A stretch of DNA of 60,025 nt, the filler included, from Basidiobolus ranarum (taxonomy: Eukaryota): NCBI GenBank assembly GCA_040143965.1. It is 12 parts of 12 records of this genome, joined end to end, with 100 filler letters (N's around TTAATTAATTAA, not from the genome) between each part and the next. Parts side by side here need not be neighbours in the genome. Positions count along the whole stretch, not along the records: positions 10,054 to 14,974 come from JASJQH010008658.1; positions 15,075 to 19,993 come from JASJQH010008659.1; positions 20,094 to 25,011 come from JASJQH010008660.1; positions 25,112 to 30,025 come from JASJQH010008661.1; 8 more parts are not named here. One strand, 5' to 3'. Under the pieces are notes generated by a model. It saw only the letters and a list, made by a program, of their open reading frames with translations, was not told the origin of the DNA and made no database searches. Numbering within the stretch: the stretch's first letter is position 1; each line of letters opens with the position of its first letter. The position numbers were made by a program, and so were the translations under genes. Shown here one piece after another: positions 14,486-27,553 of the stretch.

Positions 14486-16899
14486 GTATCAGGAGTTATG
14501 TTGACTTAAGAAGATACTCTGTAGAAATGATATTGAATACGGGGAGTATGTGGCGCTGTTCAGTAATGCATTCAACTATTATATCAGTGTATGCTCATTC
14601 AATTGTTATGATCCATGGCCTTCTTTTTATAAATACTCCCACCCATATCCTTCTCATTGTTGTTCTCTGATCGATTTGATATCCCCACTCGTTTCTCTGT
14701 GTTTTGGGCGCATCAGGATTTCATAACTGATGTCTGTATGCAGAAGTAGCTTTTGCCAAGTCCCTTCTGGAATTACTCGGCTATACCCTCGAGTCTTCTG
14801 GCACGATAAACAAAGCATTACATCATATTAACTTTGGAGCTGATTTAACCCACTGCATTTAATTTGGGAGCATCCACGCTGTGACTTATGATTTTCACTC
14901 CAAAGGTTGCATGCATAACAACAACATTATTCAAGCACATCACATCACTCTGCATGGAGACAAGAATATAAGTANNNNNNNNNNNNNNNNNNNNNNNNNN
15001 NNNNNNNNNNNNNNNNNNTTAATTAATTAANNNNNNNNNNNNNNNNNNNNNNNNNNNNNNNNNNNNNNNNNNNNGCTAAGAACAACCAAAGACAAAATAC
15101 TGAGCAGAAGTGATTTAATTTCATCTTTCTTTACGCTAGATCGACACAGAAGACTTAAGTGAACTACTTTACAGAGTTACTAGCGGGTAGGGGCGGCTTG
15201 AAAATAAACCAAGCAGAGCTATGATAGGTATTTGTAGTGTGGAAAGAGAAGAAAGTACAAAGGGAAAAATAATCAATCTAATACCGCGACTATCATCATG
15301 TTATTCTTCAAGTTTTATATAAGGGTTGAGATCGGCATTAGATCACAAGATAAATGGTGCATTTTTGGGCAAGAGATACTCCAATCTATCGCATCAGGTG
15401 TTTATCAGGCTATTTTTGGCTTTATTATGGGAAATAATAGGGTGTGCGAATGACGCTTGGTGCCTTTTTCCATGTCATTTCCAGTGAACATTGTATGCGG
15501 GATTATGTCAATGACAGCACGCAACCCTACTCCCTTAAACAAAGTATCTCAGTAGGATCGGAGCTGCCGTGAGATCTAATTCTTAAAGCAGAGTGATAGT
15601 GGTTGACACAATAGAGTTGAGACAATTCACATAATGCTAATCCAAAGCACTACCCCTGATGTTGTGATAGGACTAAAGTTGAGTGCTGAGTGGTGTTACA
15701 CGAGAGAGTCTCTGCTTGTTATAGAATACCCATGTTTAACTGAAGGCCGTTTCAATCGATTTATCGTTATCACCTTGGATGCAAAGCAAGGCAAAGCGAG
15801 CACTATTAAAGATAAGCCTTCATTTCCAGATCAACTAGTTGCAGAAATTGGGGGAGTTACCGTAAGTCCATTCAATTTGAAGATAAGTATGGAATGCTGA
15901 AAGCAGCGGGAGAGACGAGGGGGTAGGAGAGTGCCATTCGCTCAGAGCTCACTTATTTGGTAGTTTAGGTGATAATGCTCAAGAGTGTTCGTATCAGCTA
16001 TACGGGTTGCGCCTAAAACGGTCGCATTCTCAGGCATAGTATAGTATGCAGCCTGCTACGTTCTCATCTCATGCGCTCAAGTGGAAGTGATTCTGCCATT
16101 GAATTTAATGCTAGCTTTGTGCTTTGAGTTTGGCACTACGCCATGGCCATATCGGCTTGGGTAACATGTACAATGCATTACCAAATGAGCCCAATACTGA
16201 TCAGGTAAATTCAAGAATTGAATGATCTATCTTTGAAGATGCTTATATATAGCCACCAGTAACAGCGCTCTCCCTTAAATGATATCTACTCCGGTTTGTT
16301 GGGCTTAGCTCCACTACTATCTGAAGTAACGTGACCCAGACAAGCATTTTTCGACGGCGATCGTTTTGATTGTTACTCAAGTGGATTCTTTACTCCAACT
16401 CTAACCATATATTGCCTACCAAACGCCGTTGCTCTATTGTGTATCTCGTGTGGTACACTATATTTAACGGGTACAGCCTTACATCAGTGAATCTCGAGGG
16501 ACGCGGGAATAGCTCAGATAAGCGAGCTCTACATGGTGTAACAGCGTTCAACAGCTGAGTTTGTAGTGGGCAATCGCGTGGATAGAAATTACACATCATC
16601 AATATCATAGGGCTGCCAAAACCTTACCAGGTATTGCTAGCATGAAGGTTGAATATGAATAACTGAAATCATTTACTGGCTGATGATTTTCAATTTACGA
16701 AATCTATTACAAATATACACCATTCTAGCGCATTGGAAATCGGAGCATACTATCGGAAGGTTTCATTAAAATTCAACGCCTGCCAGGTATTGGTGTTTGA
16801 AACTAAATGCATAGATGGCCTTTGGTACCTGATTAACTGTTATCAATTTGTAAGCTTGTCGGAACCACATCACCAACAGGTTTAGGCATTCATATGACA

Positions 16900-18000
16900 A
16901 ATTTCCCGTAATGAGCTCTTGATATATTAAATACTGAGACTCGGTGTTTTTCCTTGCACCATTATGTTCTCATTTGTATCTTATGGCTTGGCATGTATTA
17001 CCTGCTTTCTAAGAGTGTTTAGCTATATTTGTGTCTTGAAAGAGTTATCGGATCACTTGATCCTATGCACCCAAATGCAAATATTGCGCCACTGGATCAT
17101 GCGGTTCTCGTTAAAGTTATTAACCGACCATAATAGAATCTTGAATATCCAATGGCTTTACCAATTGCCGCAATCCCACACCCACGTTCTGGCACCTTCA
17201 AAAGCTGGTGGACTGGCTGACTTTTGGTGTGAGTTGGGACACTGCGATATAAGAGTGTTGAAATAGGCACAATATACGCTGCACTTTCCCCCCTGTATTT
17301 GATCATTGGAGATATAGCCAAACTTGGGATCCCTTGGTCAAAGTATGTCATATAATGTAACTTACTAAAGGCAGTTTCCACTTCCACTTCTGAGAAATGC
17401 TGATTACCATGATGTAGAATTTGGATGTCGATGAATTAATCACTCTCCAACCCCATCTTAGCCAGTAATGGAAAGGCACTCTCCAGCCATCAGGATGTGA
17501 TTGATGTATATCAATTTCTCATTCAACTATTGGCTTATATTTGATACCTTGTTCAATCACTCTGAGTTGGTCATATATTCTTTCCATTTCGATATGTCCA
17601 TTGTATATTATCATATGATACAGGCTCCAATCAAACCAATCTCCTGAGTCTTTTCGAAATCCTCAACCTAAGTATTCACATAAGTATATATATCCATTAC
17701 AATAGGAGGCCCGATTGCATGTTCATGCCATGCTGTAATGACACCGCAGTTAATATAGGCATCTTTAATATTGATAGGTGAATTCTTTTGAAGCACATAT
17801 GATATCCTGCCAATATGGTTATTCTCTATACAACTACTGCGCTTTTAAGTGATATGGAGGAACCAACAATGCAAAAAATTACTGAAAGAAGTAACTTGAT
17901 TATATTGAGGGAATCTTAACTTTGTTTTATGTTACTCAGAAGGTCAAGTGTTATGAATATGTAAAATATGGATTTCTTCATTCAAATAGACTTACTCCTC
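16900..18000 (-). mobile_element. Highly degenerate reverse transcriptase relic, DIRS/YR-like
   Basis: Collinear frameshifted remnants LQKNSPINIKDAY, GLIGAC, KLIYINHILMA, WGWRVINSSTSK resemble DIRS RT motifs (IDLKDAY, FGL..AP, IYLDDILIM, LGW.IN..KS). Confidence 0.35.
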
Positions 18001-18260
18001 CAAAAGTAAGCAATACAATAAACAAACAGTTTGTGTTTCAAATCACTGTATGAGTTAGATGAACTGGAGATTGATTTGAATCCATTGAAGTTTCTGAACA
18101 TAAATTCAGGTGACTCATAAAGTAGCCATGTGTTATCTATATGGGTCAAATTTTGATTCAAGTAATATATGAAAAATTCATACCAACTAATTTAGATTGG
18201 CTTTGAGAAGTCATCTTAATCTTGTATACTTAGAATGTTAAGTTTTTTGTTGGGAGAGAG

Positions 18261-18613
18261 TGTTGAAACTGTTAAAGTACTTGGGAGCCTGTTTGAAGAG
18301 GCTTGGAGAATAAGAGAAATTGGTGGTGTTCACTTATTGATTTATTGAGTAGAAAGTCAACATTTATAGTTTTGTCCAGATGTGAACAAACTAACATGTA
18401 GAATGTGTTAAGGAAGGTCCCAGAAACATGTGTGCAATGTTTGGGGCTTCTAGAACAAGTTTGAAATATCTATATATCTGAGAACTTCCAAGTTGGTGTC
18501 AATATTATAAGTTCCAATTGAGAATAATGGATAATATCTTAGTGAGTAATAATATAACTAAGTACCAAGCTATATACAGCTATATAAGTGTTGAGGCAAT
18601 GCTAATTTCAACA
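18261..18613 (-). mobile_element. Complete copia LTR, family 1 (353 bp)
   Basis: Bounded by TGTTGAAA...TTTCAACA inverted termini; homologous to the copies at 18925 and about 19385-19736. Confidence 0.85.
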
Positions 18614-19270
18614 GAATCAATATGGTTAAGAAAACTCTTAGCAGATTTAGGCTGTTATCTATGTGTAACTACTATGATATTTCAAGAAAGTTAAAGTTGT
18701 TTAAAATTAGTTAGAGATCCTATGTTTCATACTAGAAGCAAACACATAGATACTTGACATCCTTTTATTAGAGACAGTATATAGAATAAGTTCTTTGTCT
18801 TAACTTATTGTTCTACAGAAGGCATGATTGCTGATCTAACCACCAAACCACTAGCTAGACAGAAATTTGAGAAATTTAGACCTTTCTTACAATTAGCTTA
18901 TTTAACTATTGAGTTGAGAGACAGTGCTGAAATTAGCATTGCCTAAACATCTATATAGTCATATATAGCTTAGCATTTAGTTATCTTACACTTTCACTAA
19001 GATATTATGCATTATTCTCAATTGGAACTTATAATATTGACACCAAATTGGAAGTTCTTAGATACAAATAGCTTTTTCAAACTTATGCTAGCTGCCCCAC
19101 ACCTTGCACCCATGCTCCTGGTACCTTTCTTAACACATTTCACATCTTAGTTTTTGACATCCTGACAAAAGTATAAGTCTCAGTTTTCAACTCAATAGAT
19201 CAATAAGTGAGAACTACCAACTTCTTTATTTCTCCAAACCACTTCCAACAGGCTCTCAAATATTTGAACA
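18614..19270 (+). mobile_element. Copia family 1 3' end: decayed RNase H, PPT and 3' LTR (18925-19270)
   Basis: WLRKLLADLG, MFHTRSKHID, MIADLTTKPLARQKFEKF; PPT TTGAGAGACAG followed by TGCTGAAATTAGCATTGCC. Confidence 0.85.
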
Positions 19271-19384
19271 GGAATAACTTCAGAAACTGGACCTTGCACA
19301 GACTAAGTAGTAATGGTAGCATGATAATTCTAGATATCATAGTTGGTAGATTTATAGTATTTTGGTGTATGATTGTGCCTGACA

Positions 19385-19810
19385 AATAAGTGTGGAAGTA
19401 TTTGGAAGCCTGTTGGAAGTGGTTTCGAGAATTAGAGGAATGGTAGTTTTCACTTATAGATATATTGAGTAGAAAGTTGACATTTAAAGTTTTGTCAAGA
19501 TATAAACAAACTAATGTGTAGAATGTGTTAAGGAAGGTCCCAGGATAGGTGTGCAAAGTTTGGGGTATCCAGCACAAGTTTGAAGAATCTATATAACTGA
19601 GAACTCCCAAGTTGGTAAAAATATTCTAAGAAAATTCCAACTGAGAATAATGGATAACATCTTAGTGAATTATATGATAACCAAGTGCTAGGCTATATAT
19701 GACTATATAGGTGCTTAGGCAATGTTAACTTCAACACTCTCCCTCAACTAAATAGTCATATAAACTAATCCTAATAAAGGTTGGTTAATATATCAGCAAT
19801 CATATCTTGT
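19385..19810 (-). mobile_element. Copia family 1 3' LTR (about 19385-19736) with PPT and deleted RNase H end
   Basis: Plus strand CTTCAACACTCTCCCTCAAC is the reverse complement of PPT GTTGAGGGAGAG plus TGTTGAAG; the body matches the 18261-18613 LTR. Confidence 0.85.
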
Positions 19811-20093
19811 AGGATAATTAATCTTTATTCAACATCATAGTTAACTTTAGTTATGATACATATATCAGAAGCAGAAAGCAACGTATCTATAGCCCCTATA
19901 TTCCAAATAGGAATATCTCTATATCTATATAACAAGTATGTCTTATTACCCCCACTTATCTATTATATCTTATTACACAAACTCCTGAATATCNNNNNNN
20001 NNNNNNNNNNNNNNNNNNNNNNNNNNNNNNNNNNNNNTTAATTAATTAANNNNNNNNNNNNNNNNNNNNNNNNNNNNNNNNNNNNNNNNNNNN

Positions 20094-20740
20094 TGAACAA
20101 CTGCATTATGGGTTTAAAGAAGATAGGCTGAATCTATGCTGGTATTCAATACATTCCCTGCTGCATCTTTCACAATGCTTAGATATTATAGGCCCTTGCT
20201 ATACATTCTGGGAGTTCCCAATGGGGGGCACCTGTGGTGAAATGATGTTTGGTTTGAAGTTGATAACCCTGAAACAGAGGGCTCTTTTCAATGTGCTCAC
20301 AGGTTTTTGCATTGTTTGAGCACAATAACAGCAACAAAGCCCTATCCATGGACACAGAGTAAGTACCACTATAATTTGGAGTAATTTGTTTGTGTGATTA
20401 TCTAATGGTATTTCTAGGAAAGCTGCAAGAGAGACTTCTTGGCAAGAAAGATCAAAATCTGCAGTATTATCAATTTAGCTATGGGGTAATATAATCAAGT
20501 AATGATACATCAACATGTGGCAGGACATTTGTTGACTACAAGTCAGGGATGTATTGGCTGAATTCTTTATGGAAATTTGCCAAAGTCAAAGAGCTTATTC
20601 TAATTGTGAATGGTAATAAGAGTCAGCTATTTGCCTAGTGTCAATGCTATTGAAAATTTCCCATGTTTAGCAATCTTTCCACCAATAGTTTGCTGGTAAA
20701 GCATATTGGTGTTGTTGAGTTATGTTGGATCAGTTAAATA
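20094..20740 (+). mobile_element. CACTA/EnSpm transposase 3' fragment, decayed
   Basis: HSLLHLSQCLDIIGPCYTFWEFPM motif; homologous to the reverse complement of about 56200-56930. Confidence 0.75.
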
Positions 20741-22049
20741 TGTCCATATGAAGAGACTAAACACAATAAGATTTTTCTATTTTTTGATTCTTATTATGGC
20801 CTGAATACAAATCTAAAAATATCTAAATAAAGGCATGCACATTAATTTGAAATCCTACAGCCATAAACCCAGTAATATGACATTAGAAAATTACATTTTT
20901 GCTAAAATTGCTGGAAATTAAACAATCAATGACAAATATGAGGATCAATATTTTAACATGCATGGATACCATCAATAAGCCACAGTTACACCATCAAAAA
21001 GCCTGTCAGAATGCAAGCTACCAATATTGTGATGGCCCTCTGATGGTATTACAATCCCTAAGGGTGGATTTAATCCAGATCATATCAATATTATTTTTGT
21101 TAGGGTTTTTACTGGAAGCTTAAAAATAATGAGAACAGATATATTCTTCACTCTATCTTCAAAGGGTAAAGACACACTATGGTATGTCAATAACTTAAAG
21201 ACTTTCTTAGAAAAGATTATTTCTGATGATAGGACTATCCAGAATCGTCAATACTACAAGGGTAGATAAGACTCTGGTAGTTTTTCTAACTTGAAGTCTG
21301 AGGAAAAAGATATAGTTCTTTTGAGATTGGTATAGACTTTGTTTAATAGTTGGATATATTCTATGGTTGGAAAAGTGATGATAACTATGAAAGAATCTGA
21401 ACTGCAATCTGTAATAGACAAGCCTAGTTGAGTTACAACAGGAATCTTTACTATCCTAATATGATATAAGTAGAATATCTAGTTAAAGAAAAAATAAAGA
21501 ATGATGTGCAGTTTTTGATGGTGCTAAGGCTAGAAGCTTTTTCACTAGGGGGAAGGGTTGCTTATATACAGAAATAGCTGAGATTAAATGCTATGAATTG
21601 GTGGCTGAGTATATATGCTATGAATAGGTGCCTCAGCATTGAAGTGCCAATAAGAACACTGATACAGCATCTGTGGCTTTGAGACTTCTGTCACATCAGC
21701 ATCAAGTACTGTCATAGCTCTAAGCAAAATTGAAAGAGAATCCATGGGCCGGTTCAAAAGTTAGCACTAATTCCATCAGCATCTTGAGATCCTGAATTCC
21801 TGTGTTCTGAATACATACTAGTGTTGATTTTTGTGTTGGCAATTGTGAAATGGTTGTGGCTCCACCAATGATTGACCAAACCTTACAGTTCTTTCAGGGT
21901 TGCAAAGCTCTAGTTTGTGAATTTATGTTTGCAGTTAGAGTTACTGTAAGTGATTAGGTATAGAAGCAACTATGGGTGTTTGATTATCTTGTTCTTTTTC
22001 TTGATCCGTAAAATTGTTATAAGGAAGCATTAGATATTATTTTTCCTAC

Positions 22050-23070
22050 TTATTATGTGCAGCATACTGTTGGAATATTTTCAACACTATGGCACATGTC
22101 TGGTAGAGTAAACTCCATTGATTTGCAAAACCTAGAGCATGATAGTGCATTATGCCTGCAAAATTTGCCAAGTTTACTGATGGCAGGAGTGTCACCAATA
22201 CATACCATGATATTAGCTTTCAAAAAATGCTCACCTCTCTGAACCCTATTAGATAGCCATTCAAATTCTGCAATCAAAGGCTCTGAGAAGCTATCCATAA
22301 GCATTGGTAATTTTGGTCCAGATATGATGGATAGTGTCAAAATATTATGAATCTTATTCTTTTCAAAAGGAGAGAGATATAAGTTGATTAACATTATTGG
22401 CCAGCAAGCCTTCCTAACAGTGTATTAGTGTAGTGAGAAACCATCCAGAGCCAATGCAAATGCATGATCAGATATGTTATCAAAAAAACCTTGACTTTTC
22501 ATATGCTGGTAGTGATATCCATGAAGTATATTGGTTTTACCATCATCTTTGCAGTGAGTACTTTAGAAATGGAGCAATGATCTATATTTGGGTGATTTCA
22601 TCAAAACTTTATAATGGGGAATCAACAGTATGCAAGCCAAGTACTGACAATATTTACCTGATTTAGTGATTGCCAATCAGGTTCAAACAGAACACAACTT
22701 CAGGTCTTTCATATCACTGGTGAAAGCCAAACAGCAATTTGGACATGAAGCTAGTTTAATTACTGAGAGATTATAATTCATTCAATCAACAAGTGTTACC
22801 ATTTGTACCTGGTCTGTGGCAAGCAATAGTTGCCAATCAACTGTGGCAAAAGTGTAAGAAGATCAATAAATACCTGGTTGCTAAGATTGGATTGAACTCT
22901 CCACTCCTCAATAAACAAAGCTGCTTCCTTTACTGCAAGTTTTATGAGTGGACTAATGCTTGCCAATAACACTGAGTTTGTAGCTAGACCATTATCTTCT
23001 TCTTCATCTTCTGATATACTACCATCAGCTCTGGAATAACCAAGGTCAACATCTCTCAGCATTTCCTCAA
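22050..23070 (-). mobile_element. CACTA (Transposase_21/Tnp2-type) transposase pseudogene, N-terminal and core part
   Basis: CWPIMLINLYLSP..NILTLSIISGPK..DSFSEPLIAE..CIGDTPAISKL..HNALSCSRFC; upstream CPNCCLAF. Confidence 0.85.
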
Positions 23071-24859
23071 AGTTGTCTGGACTTACTGGTTGAAACTAAG
23101 TTGCATTTTACCTATATCATTCTGGTAATACAAAAGTGGTAACTCCACAGTGTCCTGACTGGCAGCAGTGTTATCAAAACTTTCAGGTAAAGCACAGCAA
23201 GTGGACCCAGTAGGAAAGACTAAAGTTGACTTTTGCACTTATTACTGCTCATATTCACCAGGCTTTTTGCAGCTGGTGGCTTTGTACAGTGACTTTGTTG
23301 TGATTATCTTTTCTATGAAGCATCCAGCTTTTATAGCATATGAATTTGTGACAGCAATAGCTCGGCTCCAAATGTTTGCATCACTGCATGAGATGGACAA
23401 TGTAGAAAAACAAACACCTCCTACCAAAGGGTGGTAGCTTGGGTATATCACATCAATATCATCAGCTGTTTCTGAGATGGTGTCACAGATCAGTCATCCA
23501 AGGTTTTAGAAGATATTTATGGTAATGGATGGCAATTTTGGTTTATTATAAATTGTTTCTGAACAACTTCATTGCACCAAGTTTACCATCTGAAAATTTC
23601 AATGCCATTCAAAAAGCATTTAGAATATAAATCCAAACTGGCTTCCAAGCAAAAGCATAGTAAATCAACAATTGAGCAAAGTTCAATAGAAACACCATCA
23701 AGGCCATCAACTTTCAAAATGGCTACTTTGCCATGATTTGAACACCCCTCTGTAGAGAATTTAGATAGAATAATTACAACAAGGGAATCTCAGATAGAAC
23801 ACTGTAATAATTTGTAAGTGATTATAAGTAAACACTACAAAGTGTCTAACCAGGCCATGAAAAGCAATAATGTCACAGTATTACAATTAATGCAACATAC
23901 CAAAGAAACTATTCATCAGTTAGATAGTCACTCAGCAATGATATAAGACCTTAAGAATGCTGTACTTGAGCCAGAGCCACATGTTGCTCCCTCCATCCAT
24001 TCTCATATGGGATTTTAAGCAAAACCACACCATGCATATGAATGTCTCAATAACAATGTAGCAGAGCACAATATGTGTCAGACCATTTAACCTACACAAT
24101 GACCCTAAATTGATTGGGCAGATGAAAATAGAAATCTCATAGGAAACCAGCAAACCAAAAGACCCTTAAAGTCAGAGCTGCTGTCACTTGCTCTGCTGAT
24201 GAGTGGTGTAACATGTTGGAAACTGTGCCAAATCTTGTCTAAAATTCCCTTGATTTGAGCCGTTTATGGAAAAACCAAATATGAGGTAGTACTCTGAAGG
24301 TTCTTGACTTATTTCATGTGACATATTCTAGGTTTTTGCAAATAAATGGCAATTGGGCTAGTATAGGCCTATTTATGAAATATCTAAAAAATGTATGCAA
24401 GGTTCTGCTTAAAAAGAAAGAAAAGCTGCTAAAGAAGTACTCAAGGAGCAGGAAGTTAGTAGTATGCACAAGGGAAAAGCAAAGGATCCAGTGAGTTTAG
24501 GCCTTACTGTCCAACTTACCAAATTCTTTACCCTATTGTGAAGATCTCTATTTCTAGAGTCAGATATACTGGCAAAATGCTTAAATTCACAATGGAACCA
24601 GGGACATCAGTTGAAAGAATGCTAAGTTTGGAAGTTTAACCAACACATGGCATCTCTCAACAAGCCAAAACACCATCAAATAAAACTCATGGCTCTCCAA
24701 CCATGACAGATATTCTTCAAAGTGTTGAAATTGGCCCCAAAGTTAAAGGCAAGCAAAAAGCTGCACAAACACCTTCCCAACAAAAAAAAAATCAATTTGA
24801 TCCGGATTGGATCCACCCAGTAAAAGGGCAAAACCATCAGAGAAAGTGCCTAGTGCCTA

Positions 24860-25011
24860 ATGGGAAGCTCTGGCTCCAGCTAATCCCCATTAGCAATATG
24901 ATCTTAGGCTTACAGCTAATACCAAGTTTGATGTTAGACTGACTATTTGGTGAATTGATATCAGTGATCATATTGAAATCTGACCAGGCTCTTGACAGTA
25001 AAATCATGAAG
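24860..25011 (-). mobile_element. CACTA transposase fragment
   Basis: Closely similar to about 57325-57478 on the same strand. Confidence 0.8.
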
Positions 25012-25111
25012 NNNNNNNNNNNNNNNNNNNNNNNNNNNNNNNNNNNNNNNNNNNNTTAATTAATTAANNNNNNNNNNNNNNNNNNNNNNNNNNNNNNNNN
25101 NNNNNNNNNNN

Positions 25112-25358
25112 AAAGTGCGGTTGCAACAATTGCCCAACGAACAGCCCCTATATACATGGGATCCGATCTGGTATCTAGCCATCTCAACAAAAGGCTGGTA
25201 CTCAGCAAGATATCGGCAAACGCTGCGTACCCAGTCAAGCGAAAAGACATTCTATCAGCCAAAGACTTACGATACCATCGTATCAGGAGTACGGTAAAGA
25301 TAACTATAAAGGAGAATATGATTGAGAGGATATTTAGAATCACCAGAAATCTCTTCAT
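25112..25358 (-). CDS. Fungal GPCR-like (Git3/cAMP-receptor-like) membrane protein, N-terminal part
   Basis: TM1 followed by KSLADRMSFRL and then TM2 (AFADILLS); truncated by the contig edge. Confidence 0.6.
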
Positions 25359-26234
25359 ATCGGGTATAAAAACAAACGAACAAATCTCTCGTGGCTGGAT
25401 TGGATTTAAATAAAAGTACAGTGGTAACTGTTATGTCAGATAGCGAACGCAAGCTTTCCGATTCGTGGTCAAACGACCAACTATGTAACAGGACAACATA
25501 TGAATGTTGGGGTATGAGCTATTGTACTAAACTCTCCTTCCCTGCGAGTGGAAGCAAGTGTGCATGCCTATTTGTTGAGAATGGATCAATTCATTCCATC
25601 ATCTGCCAACAATGTAATATACCGCATATATCAACGGCCATAAACTTTGGTCAATAGAGATGGCCTACTGAACGATGTGGACTCTATCATAGCAGTGGTT
25701 GCCACTTTGGCATCAACAATACAATGCATATGCATCGTGACGGAGTATTGAGGGAACATATATGGCGAACAAAGATATGCCTATGTACAGTCAATTCTAC
25801 ACAGAAGCCGCTGGTGCCATGTATACGGAACTTCAACAAGTCGTCCATTGATCTACCCGATAGGCATTATGTCCAAGACAGCTACAACCAACTCAATCTC
25901 TGGTAACCGCATGTGGGAGTCATATGTTACTAACAGAGTGGAAGACTATCTCCAGGTTCGTCCCCACCATTCTATTATGATGACGGAAATCGCACAATGA
26001 TAAAATATGCATATAGGATGTTTCAAGGAGTATGCACCAGACTATTGATGGATAAATGTATTGTTGGCTTTCTGATGATTTTTACCGAAAAGTGGCATTG
26101 TAAAATAATAACAATCTGATAATTAATGGTGAAAATAGCTTAGATCAAGAAAATACTATGGAGAATCAATGTGTAGCTCGAGATCAAATGAAATATTTGC
26201 ATACAAAAGTTTGATGTAAGTGGATATGCACAAA

Positions 26235-27553
26235 TCAGTTCACTGAGCAACTGTTCTCATCAAGATGACTCCATCTGTAAGCTTTGACAACACCGATATA
26301 GTGGAAAACGGCTGCAACGACTACACAAACATGGAATATTTGATGAGAATGACCAATATAGTCAAACTTTCCTGGGAACCATTTTTCTGGCACTCTGGCA
26401 ATAACACATCGTTAGGGGTGGAAATAAAAGCAATGCATTTTAAGGCTATCATCACTAACCGGCTAGCATATATGAGAGCACCGCAGACATAAGTTAAGCC
26501 CATAGAGCCAAACCATTTAAGTGAGAGCTTCTGGACTGCAATCGCCCACTAAATTGACAACAGAAAATTAACCTGTGCCGACATTTTACTGTACATATCG
26601 AACGGCAGCTTACCCCATTAGCCCAGATAGCATGACCAAATGGCCATAGACCAGATAATCCCATGGCTAAAAATAAGCTAGTTCTAATCCAACGATATTC
26701 CGGTGCTCCGAATTTCTTGGCAATACTCATTACCGCCTAAAATGCCGAGCAGAGATATTAGCATCATGAACATATTATTGCGAAACAAAACAGTATCGTA
26801 CAGTAGCAGCGCCAAAAGCCACAATGAAGGCGAGATAGATAGTTTTCCACACTCTGGAGCAGTAGAAAGCTTTGAATTTTCCAGTTAGCTCATTGCATCA
26901 GTCAGTGTATATCAGAAGTGAAATTTACTAACCGTAATAAATGGCCGGGAAGTAAGAACCTCTGAGGTAAATTGGTTCAGAATTAGAGAAATTTTGGCAA
27001 AGTATAATGAAAAAAAACATACACAATCAAGAACACAATTCCAAGGTAATCGCATCGGTTCCAAAGGACAGCAACCTAGGTAAGTTCAAAGTTGAGTAAC
27101 AATTCATAAGGAGCTTAAACGGAAAATAAATACATCTTCCGAATGGCAATGGAAAAGGTGGAAAAGTGTTGAGCAGCATAGGCAAGCAATAGCACCAGCT
27201 ATGAAAATGTACATAACAATAAAGTCGGCCCATTGAGTTGTTTCAAATTGAGAAAGAACGTTGAGTGTAGTGAAGATCGCCGCGACAAGGAAGAGAACAG
27301 CGCCCAAAAGATGCGAATAGACATTTCCCGTTTCGTTATGAATATACAACAAGGATTTTATACTAATCCAATAAGAGTTTGTAGGAGCGCGATAACCCGA
27401 TAATATATAGTTGTTGTCTTCCATCCATTTAGGCAATTCGCTGAACTTCAGTAACGCAGTAGAATAGACAGAGTCCTTAACTTTGTTTCGGGGAACGAAA
27501 GGGATACTCTCTTCTGAGTTCATTTTTGTCTTTCTACTTCTCAAGTCAACCAT
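26235..27553 (-). CDS. PAQR / IZH (adiponectin receptor, haemolysin-III) family protein
   Basis: [72 protein letters not shown]; multiple introns. Confidence 0.93.

Noticed and set aside
19200..19610. 136-aa ORF
   Set aside because: It runs across LTR sequence and has no protein-like motifs.
21400..22000. Possible gypsy gag remnant; 23400-24850 is similar
   Set aside because: Too decayed to assign; only CpG depletion suggests a repeat origin.
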